NCBI GenBank assembly: GCA_021160725.1
Contig: JAGHCA010000005.1
Coordinates: 1 to 44,193, forward strand
Length of the DNA: 44,193 nucleotides
Origin: Dehalococcoidia bacterium
GTDB lineage: Bacteria; Chloroflexota; Dehalococcoidia; GIF9; AB-539-J10
Reading direction: 5' to 3'
The notes under the pieces are model-generated. The model ran no database searches. It had not been told where the DNA came from and was given only the letters and a program-made list of their open reading frames with translations. Position numbers and translations under genes: made by a program. Positions 18,712 through 28,226 of the stretch are shown here, piece by piece. The stretch's first letter is position 1. Every line of letters starts with the position of its first letter.

Positions 18712-20109
18712 ATGGATTTGTCATCACTGTATGTTAAAGAAGGAAGAGCAATCAGCAGGGCTAAGGGCTCTTTACTCGTAGCTGAAAGCATTCCTGGTAT
18801 AAAATTCAATGAAATAGTTGATGTCCAGCTGGGGAATGGTGAGGTCAAAGGTGGCCAGGCAATAGACATCAGTAAGGAGGCAACCATAGTCCAGGTATTT
18901 GGTGGAGTCAGCGAAGTGGACCTTGCCAGAACTAAAATAAGGTACAAGGGCGAAACTTTAAAGCTGCCAGTATCCGTTGACATTTTGGGGAGAATCTTTA
19001 ACGGGATGGGAGAGCCGATAGATGGAGGCCCACGGGTGGTAGCCGAAGATTACTTGGATATTAATGGTGAACCTATAAATCCTACACTTCGCCAGCCTCC
19101 AGCAGAGTTTATTGAAACGGGAATTTCAGCGATAGATGGCTTGAACGCATTAGTTAGAGGACAGAAATTGCCCATATTTAGCGGCTCAGGGCTGCCACAC
19201 AACCGAATTGTAGCGCAGATAATAAGGCAAGCAACTGTAAAGGGCAGGGAAGAAAGGTTTGCTATAGTATTTGCTGCTCTTGGTATCAGTTACGATGATG
19301 CCTCCTTTTTCATGAGAAATCTCGAGAGGACGGGTGCACTGGAGAGGGCTGTAGCATTCATCAATACAGCATCGGATCCTGTTATCGAACGAATATCAAC
19401 ACCAAGATTGGCCTTAACTGCAGCCGAGTATCTAGCATGGAAACAGGATATGCATGTACTGGTTATACTGACCGACATGACTAATTATTGTGAAGCTCTC
19501 CGCGAACTTTCTTCTATGCGTGAAGAGATACCTTCCAGAAGAGGATATCCTGGCTATATGTATACCGACCTGGCTACGATGTATGAGAGGGCAGGCAGGA
19601 TTTCTCAGAAAAAAGGTTCAGTAACTATAATGCCTATTTTAACCATGCCCGACGACGACATAACACATCCCATTCCCGATCTTACCGGCTATATAACTGA
19701 GGGGCAGATTGTCCTTTCCCGAAATCTAGAAAGAAAAGGGATATATCCGCCAATAGATGTGTTCTTATCTCTTTCCCGAATGATAAAAGAAGGGATTGGG
19801 CCGGGTAAGACCAGAGAGGATCATAATAATGTCTTTATGCAATCCTATGCTGCTTATGCAGAAGGATGTTATCTCAGGGAGATATCCACTATTATTGGTG
19901 CTGAGGCGTTAGGTGAAAGGGATAAAACATATTTGACTAACGCAGACGAATTCGAGAAAAAATTCATAGCTCAAGGCGAGCGGGAAAAAAGAACGATAGA
20001 AGACACCTTAGATATAGCTTGGGAGCTATTTTCAGCACTGCCTGAAGAAGACTTGAAACTAATTAAAGAAGAGTTCATTAAAAAATATCTTCCTAAATAT
20101 CGGGGGTAG
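18712..20109 (+). CDS. A/V-type ATPase subunit B
   Basis: [47 protein letters not shown]; GGAGG RBS before ATG 18712. Confidence 0.97.
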   Translation: MDLSSLYVKEGRAISRAKGSLLVAESIPGIKFNEIVDVQLGNGEVKGGQAIDISKEATIVQVFGGVSEVDLARTKIRYKGETLKLPVSVDILGRIFNGMGEPIDGGPRVVAEDYLDINGEPINPTLRQPPAEFIETGISAIDGLNALVRGQKLPIFSGSGLPHNRIVAQIIRQATVKGREERFAIVFAALGISYDDASFFMRNLERTGALERAVAFINTASDPVIERISTPRLALTAAEYLAWKQDMHVLVILTDMTNYCEALRELSSMREEIPSRRGYPGYMYTDLATMYERAGRISQKKGSVTIMPILTMPDDDITHPIPDLTGYITEGQIVLSRNLERKGIYPPIDVFLSLSRMIKEGIGPGKTREDHNNVFMQSYAAYAEGCYLREISTIIGAEALGERDKTYLTNADEFEKKFIAQGEREKRTIEDTLDIAWELFSALPEEDLKLIKEEFIKKYLPKYRG

Positions 20110-20126
20110 AATCAGGTGCAGAGGAA

Positions 20127-20756
20127 ATGCCGGAATTAATTAAAGTTAGACCAACAAAAGTTGAGCTGGTAAAGCTAAAGCGCAAGCTTTCCTTAGCTCA
20201 AAGAGTACAGAAGATAGTAAAGGATAGACTATCCATACTAACCATGGAATTCTTACAGACTGCGAGAGAGACAGCGGAAGCTAAAAGAAACCTAATTGAT
20301 GCATTAACCAAACTTTATAGAGCATTATCAATCGCCGCTGGGTATCATGGATATATAGTCCTGGAAAAAGAACTAATAGCTACTGAGTCTGATTTAAAAG
20401 TCACTGCTGGCTCAAGAAACATCGCAGGTGTGCGAGTTCCATCTTTCGAGCTTGCGGACACTCCCAGCAAAGTTGGGATGAGAGGATATAGTCTGGTGGA
20501 CACATCATCGTGGTTGGATCGTGCGGCAGAGTTATCTGAAGAAAACCTTAGAGCTATTATCGAATTGGCTGAACTTCAGCAGAATTTTGAATTGTTGGCA
20601 ATGGAAATAAAGAGAACAAAAAGGATAGCCAATGCCCTGGAGTATATAGTAATCCCGGGACTACAGGTAACGATAAATTACTTAAACATGAAATTTGAGG
20701 AAAGAGATAGGGAAGAGAAAGCACGATTGAAACGTGTGAAAGTTCTGGTCGCTTGA
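20127..20756 (+). CDS. A/V-type ATPase subunit D
   Basis: RPTKVEL, NIAGVRVP, TKRIANALEYIVIP, EERDREE. Confidence 0.93.
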   Translation: MPELIKVRPTKVELVKLKRKLSLAQRVQKIVKDRLSILTMEFLQTARETAEAKRNLIDALTKLYRALSIAAGYHGYIVLEKELIATESDLKVTAGSRNIAGVRVPSFELADTPSKVGMRGYSLVDTSSWLDRAAELSEENLRAIIELAELQQNFELLAMEIKRTKRIANALEYIVIPGLQVTINYLNMKFEERDREEKARLKRVKVLVA

Positions 20757-20766
20757 GTATAGTCTG

Positions 20767-21252
20767 ATGTCCAAGCTATTACAAGATGAAGTTACCCCAA
20801 TGCAATCGGGACAATCTCCCTATGAAAAGATGCTTCAGAATTGCTTGAGAGGCGAACTAAGGATAGTAAATGCTGGGTTGCCACAGAGTCAAAAAAGGCT
20901 ATCGGACTTACTGAACGAGAAATATCCTTATGTGATATGTAACGACGGCAGTACACATTTATTTAAGAAGACTGAACTTGAATATCTTGCTGGCATGATA
21001 GATGCTGAGGAGCAAAAAGCGTTGCTATTGCCCATGCTCATAGCGCTAGGGGCAGATCAAGCTGAGGCAACCATCTCGATTCTATCGGGATGCGAAGGAA
21101 AAGTAGAGGAGAAAATCGTGTCAAAAGCGCTTGACATGCCGGTCACATGCGATGAAGCAAAGATCAGGATATATAAACCACAACTAGCATTGCTAAGGAG
21201 GAAGTTGAAAACAACGACAGTATATGTATTCTCTCCCAAAATCGTGACTTAA
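20767..21252 (+). CDS. DUF61/UPF0216-like protein
   Basis: ELRIVNAGLP...LSDLL.EKYP...DGSTHLF...ELEYL...LPMLI...LRRKLKTTT matches my recall of DUF61; start uncertain. Confidence 0.7.
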   Translation: MSKLLQDEVTPMQSGQSPYEKMLQNCLRGELRIVNAGLPQSQKRLSDLLNEKYPYVICNDGSTHLFKKTELEYLAGMIDAEEQKALLLPMLIALGADQAEATISILSGCEGKVEEKIVSKALDMPVTCDEAKIRIYKPQLALLRRKLKTTTVYVFSPKIVT

Positions 21253-21288
21253 ACTATCTGTTTACAGTGCAATTTTCGCAAAAAGCCA

Positions 21289-21317
21289 TTGACAAACATT
21301 TGCACTTAAGCGATAAT
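21289..21317 (+). promoter_or_regulatory. Sigma70-type promoter of rpsP, near-leaderless
   Basis: TTGACA-17 bp-GATAAT, ending 11 nt before the ATG; no SD visible. Confidence 0.55.
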
Positions 21318-21328
21318 CACTTTATAAA

Positions 21329-21598
21329 ATGGTTAAAATTAGATTACGCCGAATGGGGAGGAGAGGCAGACCATTCTACCGAGTGGTAGTGGCTGATAGT
21401 CGCTCTCCCCGTGATGGTAAATTCATTGATAATATCGGTTATTACAATCCTCTGACTGATCCCGCAACTATCAACATTGATGGAGAAAAAGCTTTGAAAT
21501 GGCTTGGATATGGAGCTCAACCTACAGATACAGTGCGCAGCTTGCTCGCCAAATTAGGCATTATGGATAAAATTAAGCCGACCTCAGGCCAAAGCTAA
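21329..21598 (+). CDS. rpsP: 30S ribosomal protein S16
   Basis: [10 protein letters not shown]...[16 protein letters not shown]...GAQPTDTV. Confidence 0.98.
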   Translation: MVKIRLRRMGRRGRPFYRVVVADSRSPRDGKFIDNIGYYNPLTDPATINIDGEKALKWLGYGAQPTDTVRSLLAKLGIMDKIKPTSGQS

Positions 21599-21614
21599 CT
21601 GTTAAGGAGGCGAA

Positions 21615-21842
21615 ATGAAAGACCTGCTGGAATACATTATTAAAGCCATTGTGACAGAACCTGGCGCAGTAAAAATCACTGAGGAAAATGGTGATGACGG
21701 ATTGCTAATTAAATTGGAGGTCGCTCCCGATGACAAAGGAAGGGTCATCGGCAGGCAGGGACGCGTAGCTCAAGCACTACGAACACTACTTCGTGTAAAA
21801 GCAGCTAAAGAGGAAACGAGAGTCAGACTGGAAATTGTGTAA
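21615..21842 (+). CDS. khpA: KH-domain RNA-binding protein
   Basis: DKGRVIGRQGR; follows rpsP; AAGGAGG RBS. Confidence 0.92.
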   Translation: MKDLLEYIIKAIVTEPGAVKITEENGDDGLLIKLEVAPDDKGRVIGRQGRVAQALRTLLRVKAAKEETRVRLEIV

Positions 21843-22152
21843 TCAGTATTGAGAACAGTCAATTCTCAGGGGTTGCTAATTCCTGGCTTTCTAAACACCC
21901 TCGCTCATATTTTTCCCAGTAAGCTGGTAACCCTGAAGCTTCAATCTCTAACTTCTGTCTCTTTTCATCAACTCTCCCCAGTTCCAAGGATGAATTCACA
22001 GGGGGGGAGTGAGACCATTGCTCAAGCAATTTAAAATAAAACTGCAAAATGCTTGACGGTGTGGAGAGTGCTATACTACGACTAAAATTCGAATCTTAAG
22101 GGTGAATATTTAGATTTTTTCAAAATCCATAGTTTAAAGCCTCGGATTTAAG

Positions 22153-22968
22153 GTGGATATACCCCGACGTTATCAAACACAAGGCGTCATCTTAAGACAA
22201 ACTAAGCTAGGCGAATTCGATAAGATTCTCACTATCTATACTCCAGAATTTGGCAAACTCAGGGCAGTGGCTAAAGGAGCTTGCCGCCCCAAGAGCAAGT
22301 TGGGTGGCAATGTAGAACCATTGACACATAGCTTGATGTTGCTGGCTAGGGGGCGGAATCTCGATATTGTTACCCAGAGCCAGACAATAAATGGTTTTCT
22401 GGCTTTAAAGAGCGATCTATGGCGTATAGCCTGTGGCCTTTATATCTTGGAGCTTATGGATTCCTTTACTGTAGAGGGTGGTGCGAATCCTCCTTTGTTT
22501 GATTTATTGCTCGAAATCCTGAATCAGTTGAGCCAGCCTGAGAGTAATGAGACTACCTTGCGGTATTTTGAGCTACATATTCTTCACTATCTTGGTTATC
22601 GCCCACAGTTGCTCCGGTGTGTTAGCTGTGATTTGCCACTCAAGCCGATAGTCAATTTTTTCAGTCCTGGCAAGGGGGGGCTTCTGTGTCCTCACTGTGA
22701 GTCTGAAGAAAATAGCCGTTACGAGCAAATCGGAGCAATTTCATTAAGATCATCCATTCCTCTTTCGGTCGAGGCTTTGAAAGTTCTTCGTTTGTGGCAG
22801 AGTTGTGACTATACTACTGCAAAGCGGGTCAGAGTAAAACCGGAATTATCCTGGGAGTTGGAGCAAGTATTGCACGAGTATATAAGATATATTTTGCAGC
22901 GGGAGCTTAAATCGCTGGCTTGGCTTAAAGAGGTAAAAAAAGAAATCAGCCATATAAGCAGCACTTGA
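22153..22968 (+). CDS. recO: DNA repair protein RecO
   Basis: GEFDKIL, GKLRAVAKGA, FELHIL...GYRP, CxxC...CxxC. Confidence 0.95.
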   Translation: MDIPRRYQTQGVILRQTKLGEFDKILTIYTPEFGKLRAVAKGACRPKSKLGGNVEPLTHSLMLLARGRNLDIVTQSQTINGFLALKSDLWRIACGLYILELMDSFTVEGGANPPLFDLLLEILNQLSQPESNETTLRYFELHILHYLGYRPQLLRCVSCDLPLKPIVNFFSPGKGGLLCPHCESEENSRYEQIGAISLRSSIPLSVEALKVLRLWQSCDYTTAKRVRVKPELSWELEQVLHEYIRYILQRELKSLAWLKEVKKEISHISST

Positions 22969-22993
22969 CAATCATATTGGGGAGGATTAAAAT
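22965..22993 (+). promoter_or_regulatory. Sigma70-type promoter upstream of trkA
   Basis: TTGACA-17 bp-TAAAAT. Confidence 0.55.
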
Positions 22994-23165
22994 CGCTGGA
23001 CGATTAGCTGCAGTGAGACAGCGAAGTAATATAAATGGAGAGTGTCTGGTATTCTGAATCAACCTTCAAGCTTATTCATCCGCTGATTTGAGGCTTCCAT
23101 TATCAGCAATAACCCGTTGAATTATTGAAAGTTTGACAAAGTTATCGCACTATTGAAGGGAAGTA

Positions 23166-23822
23166 ATGTATATTGTAATAGCAGGATTAAGCGATATAGG
23201 AAAGTGTTTGGCAGAACTTCTTGTTAAGGAAGGGAATGAAGTAGTGGTTATAGACCGGGACCCAGCGAGATGTGCTGAATTAGCAAATGTTTCTGAATGT
23301 ATGGTAATCACGGGAGATGCTAGCCAGAGGGCTGTTCTCGAAGAAGCGCGAGTCAGGAATGCCTATGCCTTTGTAGCCGCAGCTGGCGATGACTCGGAGA
23401 ATTTGATGCTTTGTATGGTAGCCAAGGAGATCGGGGTAAAAACGGTGATTTCCCTCGTAGATGCTGAAGAGCATGAGGAAACCTTCGAACAGGCTGGGGT
23501 TACTTTGCAGGTTAACCCTCACATGGTGGCAGCCGAATACATCTCCCGCCTGATTTCACAGCCATATGTGAGGGATTATCTCTCTTTCGAAAGAGCAGAG
23601 ATCTTCGAAATAGAAATTGAAGAGGGCATGAAATGCGTTGGGAGAAGTATTTCTGAAATAACGACTCCGAGCGGGGTAAAGGTCCTCGTGGTGCAAAGAG
23701 GGGGGAAGTATCTGGATGAGAGTAGTAGGATACAGCCTAGAGATTGGCTGGCTCTTATTGTGAATCGGGAATCTACCAAAAAGGGGACTGAGTTCATGAA
23801 TAAATGGTTCACCAAAGGGTAA
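23166..23822 (+). CDS. trkA: Trk potassium uptake regulatory subunit (RCK-N plus RCK-C)
   Basis: VVVIDRD, GDAS...LEEA, GDDSENL; coupled to trkH. Confidence 0.9.
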   Translation: MYIVIAGLSDIGKCLAELLVKEGNEVVVIDRDPARCAELANVSECMVITGDASQRAVLEEARVRNAYAFVAAAGDDSENLMLCMVAKEIGVKTVISLVDAEEHEETFEQAGVTLQVNPHMVAAEYISRLISQPYVRDYLSFERAEIFEIEIEEGMKCVGRSISEITTPSGVKVLVVQRGGKYLDESSRIQPRDWLALIVNRESTKKGTEFMNKWFTKG

Positions 23823-25231
23823 GGTTAACCCTCCATATCATTGGCTCGTTTCTAAAATACTTCGCCTTAGCCTACATTATTCCTTTATGTGTAGCTATTT
23901 ACTCTGGCGAGAACTGGCGCATTTACCTTTATGCGCTACTGATCACTCTCGGTATCGGACTGATTCTTGAATTTAGATTCAAAACCGAGCGGGTAATAGA
24001 GCGTGCCGACGGTTTTATCATAGTAGCCTCCACCTGGCTCTTCATTCCCCTTCTGGGCACATTCCCTTATGTGTTCCCCCCTGTGGGACTGGGCTTTCTC
24101 GATGCCTTTTTCGAGGCCATGTCAGGGTTTACTACTACCGGTGCTACCATACTAAAGGTGGTAGAAGAATTACCCAGGAGTGCACTTTTATGGCGTAGCC
24201 TTACGCAGTGGCTGGGTGGAATGGGGGTAGTAACTCTATTCATAGCTATTCTACCGAGGTTGGGAGTGGGAGGTTCTCAGCTTTTTGATCGTGAATTTCC
24301 CGGCGCTATGCCCGAAAGAATTCGTCCCAGATTCAGAACCACGGCAAGGCTTCTCTGGGCGATTTACGCAGGCTTTACTGCTGTTCAGATAGCGCTCCTT
24401 TATTTTCTGGCCAGGCTTTCACTCTTTGACTCAATCTGCATCACCTTCGCAACTATGCCTACCGGTGGATTTACTCCCACCACGGCAAGCATTGGAGCCT
24501 ATGCTAATCCCTTAGCAGAATACATAATCATGGCCTTTATGCTTCTGGCTGGAGTTAATTTTCTTATTCATTACCATGTTTTGAGGGGAAATTTCAAAGT
24601 ACTTAGAAATGAAGAATTCAGGCTTTATCTGATTATTCTGGCGGTCGCTATATTTTTAGTAATAATTTCGCAAGGTTTTACCGCATATAGGGAGGGAATG
24701 TTTCAGGCAATCTCAATCATGACTACTACTGGCTTTGTTACCGCTGATTTCGGTGCCTGGCACTCCAGCGCCAGAATAGTGCTTCTGACTTTGATGTTCA
24801 TTGGAGCCTGCGGTGGTTCTACCGGTGGGGGAATTAAAGTCGTGCGGGCTTTAGCCCTGATGAAACATACCGGAGTGATGATGAAGAGGGCTATTTCTCC
24901 CAAAGCTGTAATTCCGATGAAGCTTAACAAGAGACCTCTCCAGGAGGGAGTAATTCGGGATATAATCTCCTTCATCTTTCTCTATCTCTTTATAGCCGTT
25001 ATAGCTTCCATAGCACTTTGTTTCTTGGGGCTTAATCTGGAGACAGCAATTTCAGCAGTGGCTGCTACTTTGGGAAATGTGGGGCCTGGCTTGGGTGGTG
25101 TGGGTCCAACTTCGAATTATGCCTGGCTCTCTGGTGCAGCCAAGGTCATCTTGATTATTTGCATGTGGTTGGGACGGCTGGAATTGTTTACTGCTCTTAT
25201 GATATTTTCTCCTCGCTTTTGGAAAGGCTAA
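23804..25231 (+). CDS. trkH: Trk potassium uptake membrane subunit
   Basis: FEAMSGFTTTGAT, QWLGGMG, TTTGF, GSTGGGIK, GNVGPG, MWLGRLE. Confidence 0.96.
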   Translation: MVHQRVRLTLHIIGSFLKYFALAYIIPLCVAIYSGENWRIYLYALLITLGIGLILEFRFKTERVIERADGFIIVASTWLFIPLLGTFPYVFPPVGLGFLDAFFEAMSGFTTTGATILKVVEELPRSALLWRSLTQWLGGMGVVTLFIAILPRLGVGGSQLFDREFPGAMPERIRPRFRTTARLLWAIYAGFTAVQIALLYFLARLSLFDSICITFATMPTGGFTPTTASIGAYANPLAEYIIMAFMLLAGVNFLIHYHVLRGNFKVLRNEEFRLYLIILAVAIFLVIISQGFTAYREGMFQAISIMTTTGFVTADFGAWHSSARIVLLTLMFIGACGGSTGGGIKVVRALALMKHTGVMMKRAISPKAVIPMKLNKRPLQEGVIRDIISFIFLYLFIAVIASIALCFLGLNLETAISAVAATLGNVGPGLGGVGPTSNYAWLSGAAKVILIICMWLGRLELFTALMIFSPRFWKG

Positions 25232-25285
25232 TCAAGCTACGGTAGAAGTTCAAAGAAGATTTAGGTTATACTTTGTAACAGTTTC

Positions 25286-26101
25286 ATGGTCAAAGTTGCG
25301 TTCCAGGGAGAAAGAGGTGCATTCAGCGAGGATGCCGCGGTAAAGCTTTTTAGCGGGAACATTGATGTTTTGCCTTGTAGGCGGCTGAAAGAGGTTTTTG
25401 AACTTGTATCGCAGGATAATGTTGAATTTGGGGTAGTTCCTGTTGAGAACTCTCAAGCCGGCAGCATCAACGAGGCCTATGATTTGTTATTGGCATATCC
25501 TCTCAACATCTTTGCTGAAGTCATTATCAAAGTAACCCATTGTCTGATGGCTTTGCCCGGAGAAAAACTGGCTGATATAACAACGATTTATTCCCATCCT
25601 CAAGCCTTAGCGCAATGCGATGAGTTTTTAAGTAAACTAAAGGTTGAAATCATACCTAGCTACGATACTGCGGGCAGTGCCAAAATGATAAGAGAGAAAA
25701 GGTTGAGGAACTGTGCTGCCATAGCTAGCAAAAGAGCAGCCGATATTTATAGGCTGGAGATTCTGGCAACGGAAATTGAGACTAATGTCAATAATTACAC
25801 GAAATTCGTAGCTATCTCAAAGCAGAAAGCTAAACCTGCACAGAAAAATAAAACCTCTCTTGTTTTTATTGCTGCACATAAGCCCGGAGCTCTATACAAG
25901 ATTCTGGGCATCTTCGCCACTAGGAATATAAATTTGGCAAAATTGGAATCCAGGCCAAGCAAAGCTAAGCCCTGGGAATATGTTTTTTATGTTGATTTTG
26001 AGGGTCACCTTGATGGCGAAGTTTACCAGGAAGCTATGCTAGAGTTACAGAAAGAAGCTACTTTTGTTAAGATACTTGGGTCCTATCCTCAGGCCATCTG
26101 A
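25286..26101 (+). CDS. pheA: Prephenate dehydratase
   Basis: AFQGERGAFSE, PVENS, SHPQALAQC, NYTKF, LESRP, ACT domain, LGSYP. Confidence 0.95.
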   Translation: MVKVAFQGERGAFSEDAAVKLFSGNIDVLPCRRLKEVFELVSQDNVEFGVVPVENSQAGSINEAYDLLLAYPLNIFAEVIIKVTHCLMALPGEKLADITTIYSHPQALAQCDEFLSKLKVEIIPSYDTAGSAKMIREKRLRNCAAIASKRAADIYRLEILATEIETNVNNYTKFVAISKQKAKPAQKNKTSLVFIAAHKPGALYKILGIFATRNINLAKLESRPSKAKPWEYVFYVDFEGHLDGEVYQEAMLELQKEATFVKILGSYPQAI

Positions 26102-26120
26102 AGCGATTTAGACTCTAATC

Positions 26121-26233
26121 GTTATTGCCAATCTGCCCCTGACTCAATCAGGGATCTCGGGATGTGGCAATCTAAAAAAGATTAACGAGCTTGTTCCTAA
26201 GCGTATACAAGGAATCTAGCTCTGTTCAATGAC
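26121..26233. repeat. Degenerate GTCATTGC...GGCAATCT-n-AGATT...CAATGAC palindromic element between convergent genes
   Basis: gttattgc (26121), ggcaatct-aaaa-aagatt, tcaatgac (26233); same layout as 5736-5841. Confidence 0.5.
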
Positions 26234-26275
26234 ACAATACAGCTATTTTTATAGCATACTACAGCAGGTTGGCAA

Positions 26276-26755
26276 CTATTCTTGTAACTTCGCTCTTAGT
26301 CTTTTGTATGTAGAAATCAGGGCTTCCGATATGACTTTGGTATCAGATAACACCGGCATAAAGTTGGTATCGCCTTCCCACCTGGGTACTATGTGTGTAT
26401 GGATATGTCCTGCTATTCCGGCTCCGGCCACCTTGCCTACATTCAAGCCGATATTGAAGCCATCTGGCTTCATTACCTCTTTCAGAAGCCCCAGGCCTTT
26501 CTTGACGATATCAAAATGTTCTTTTGCTTCCTTATCTGTCAAGTCCTGCAAATTAGCTATATGCCGATAGGGGACAACCATTAAATGCCCTGGGTTATAG
26601 GGGAAGGCGTTCAGGATTATGAAGTTGTGTTGACCGCGATAAAGGATAAAATTTGCCTCGTCGTTATTTTCCTTGGGTTTCTGGCATAAAATGCACCGGC
26701 TTTCTGGGGCTCTTTGTATATATTCTATTCGCCATGGCGCCCAAAGATATTCCAT
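26276..26755 (-). CDS. HIT-family nucleotide hydrolase (Ap4A phosphorylase-like)
   Basis: LWAPWR, LNAFPYNPGHLMVVP, HIHTHIVPRW. Confidence 0.93.
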   Translation of the reverse strand: MEYLWAPWRIEYIQRAPESRCILCQKPKENNDEANFILYRGQHNFIILNAFPYNPGHLMVVPYRHIANLQDLTDKEAKEHFDIVKKGLGLLKEVMKPDGFNIGLNVGKVAGAGIAGHIHTHIVPRWEGDTNFMPVLSDTKVISEALISTYKRLRAKLQE

Positions 26756-26883
26756 CGAACCTATATAGTATGCTGATTCTGGATTAAATGCAATGGTTTT
26801 TTGGTTTGGGATGAGAAATTATGAATGTGGCACAATGAGTTGACTATGCGATTTAGCTAGGCATAAAATACTCGGGGGCTGAC

Positions 26884-28224
26884 ATGCTTGAAATCTTGAC
26901 CCAAAAACTGACCAGTGTATTTGAGAAGCTTGGCAGGAAAGGCAAGCTGAACGAAGCTGACGTTGACGAGGCTTTACGCCAGGTACGGCTGGCGCTGCTG
27001 GAGGCAGATGTAAATTTTAAGGTAGTCAAGGAATTTTTGTCCAGGGTGAGAGAACGTGCCATTGGCTCTGAAGTATTGCACAGCCTGACGCCAGCCCAGC
27101 AGATTATTAAGATTGTCAATGAGGAATTAATTGTTGTCTTGGGTGGTGAGCCTGGCCGTTTAGCTTCGGTTCCTGAGCCACCCGCGGTTGCTTTGCTCGT
27201 GGGATTACAGGGCTCTGGTAAAACCACTACAGCGGTGAAGCTAGCTGTTCAGCTCAAACATCTAGGACAAAGACCTCTATTAGTAGCTGCTGATACTCGT
27301 CGACCCGCTGCTATTGAACAACTAACATTGCTGGGTGAGCAACATGATATTCCAGTATATAGTGAGAATCCTAACGTAGCAGCAACAACAATTTGCCAGC
27401 GTGCTCTGAAGCAGGCTAAGGAAAGGGGAATGACCTGGGTTATAGTGGATACTCAAGGACGCTTGCATGTTGACCAGGCTATGATGAAGGAATTGGCTGA
27501 TATCAAGTCTCTGGTACGACCTGCAGAGGTATTGCTTACGGTGGATGCTATGATTGGCCAGGATGCTGTAAGAGTAGCTCAGGAATTCCACAGTCGCATC
27601 GGGCTCACGGGGCTCATTCTGACGAAGATGGATGGGGATGCTCGGGGGGGAGCCGCTCTTTCTATTAGATTTATCACCGGGGTGCCCATCAAATACCTGG
27701 GCACGGGTGAGAAGATGGATACTCTGGAAGTATTTCATCCCGACCGTTTAGCGTCTCGTATTTTGGGTATGGGTGATATGCTCACCTTTATCGAGCGGGC
27801 TGAGACGGCTTTTGACCAGCAACAAGCAAAGAATTTGGAAAGAAAAATGCGCAGCGGGGATTTTGACCTTGAAGACCTCCTCAGCCAAATGCGGCAAATT
27901 TACAGGATGGGTTCCTTAGGGCGGCTGGTGGAGATGATACCGGGCTTCTCCAAATTCGCTTCTCAGTTGCCAGATGCCGAGGGGGAGAAACAGTTAAAAA
28001 AGATAGAAGCTATTATTCTGTCTATGACTAGCGAGGAAAGACGTAATCCAGCCATTATTGATGGCAAACGGCGCGCCCGTATTGCTCAGGGGAGCGGCAC
28101 TACATCCAAGGATGTTAATCAACTTCTTAATCAGTTTCGTGAGATACAAAAGTTGACTAAGTCATTAACGCATGGCAAGTTACCTAGAAAGATGGGTAAT
28201 ATATTTGATATTCCCTTAAGATGA
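26884..28224 (+). CDS. ffh: Signal recognition particle protein
   Basis: ALLEADV, GLQGSGKTT, TKMDGDARGGAALS, FHPDRLASRILGMGD, M domain. Confidence 0.97.
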   Translation: MLEILTQKLTSVFEKLGRKGKLNEADVDEALRQVRLALLEADVNFKVVKEFLSRVRERAIGSEVLHSLTPAQQIIKIVNEELIVVLGGEPGRLASVPEPPAVALLVGLQGSGKTTTAVKLAVQLKHLGQRPLLVAADTRRPAAIEQLTLLGEQHDIPVYSENPNVAATTICQRALKQAKERGMTWVIVDTQGRLHVDQAMMKELADIKSLVRPAEVLLTVDAMIGQDAVRVAQEFHSRIGLTGLILTKMDGDARGGAALSIRFITGVPIKYLGTGEKMDTLEVFHPDRLASRILGMGDMLTFIERAETAFDQQQAKNLERKMRSGDFDLEDLLSQMRQIYRMGSLGRLVEMIPGFSKFASQLPDAEGEKQLKKIEAIILSMTSEERRNPAIIDGKRRARIAQGSGTTSKDVNQLLNQFREIQKLTKSLTHGKLPRKMGNIFDIPLR

Positions 28225-28226
28225 AA

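Noticed and set aside
18582-18983. 133-aa minus-strand ORF and the N-terminal extension of subunit B from 18640
   Set aside because: Both derive from the antisense of subunit B and translation of the heptamer repeat ([14 protein letters not shown]).
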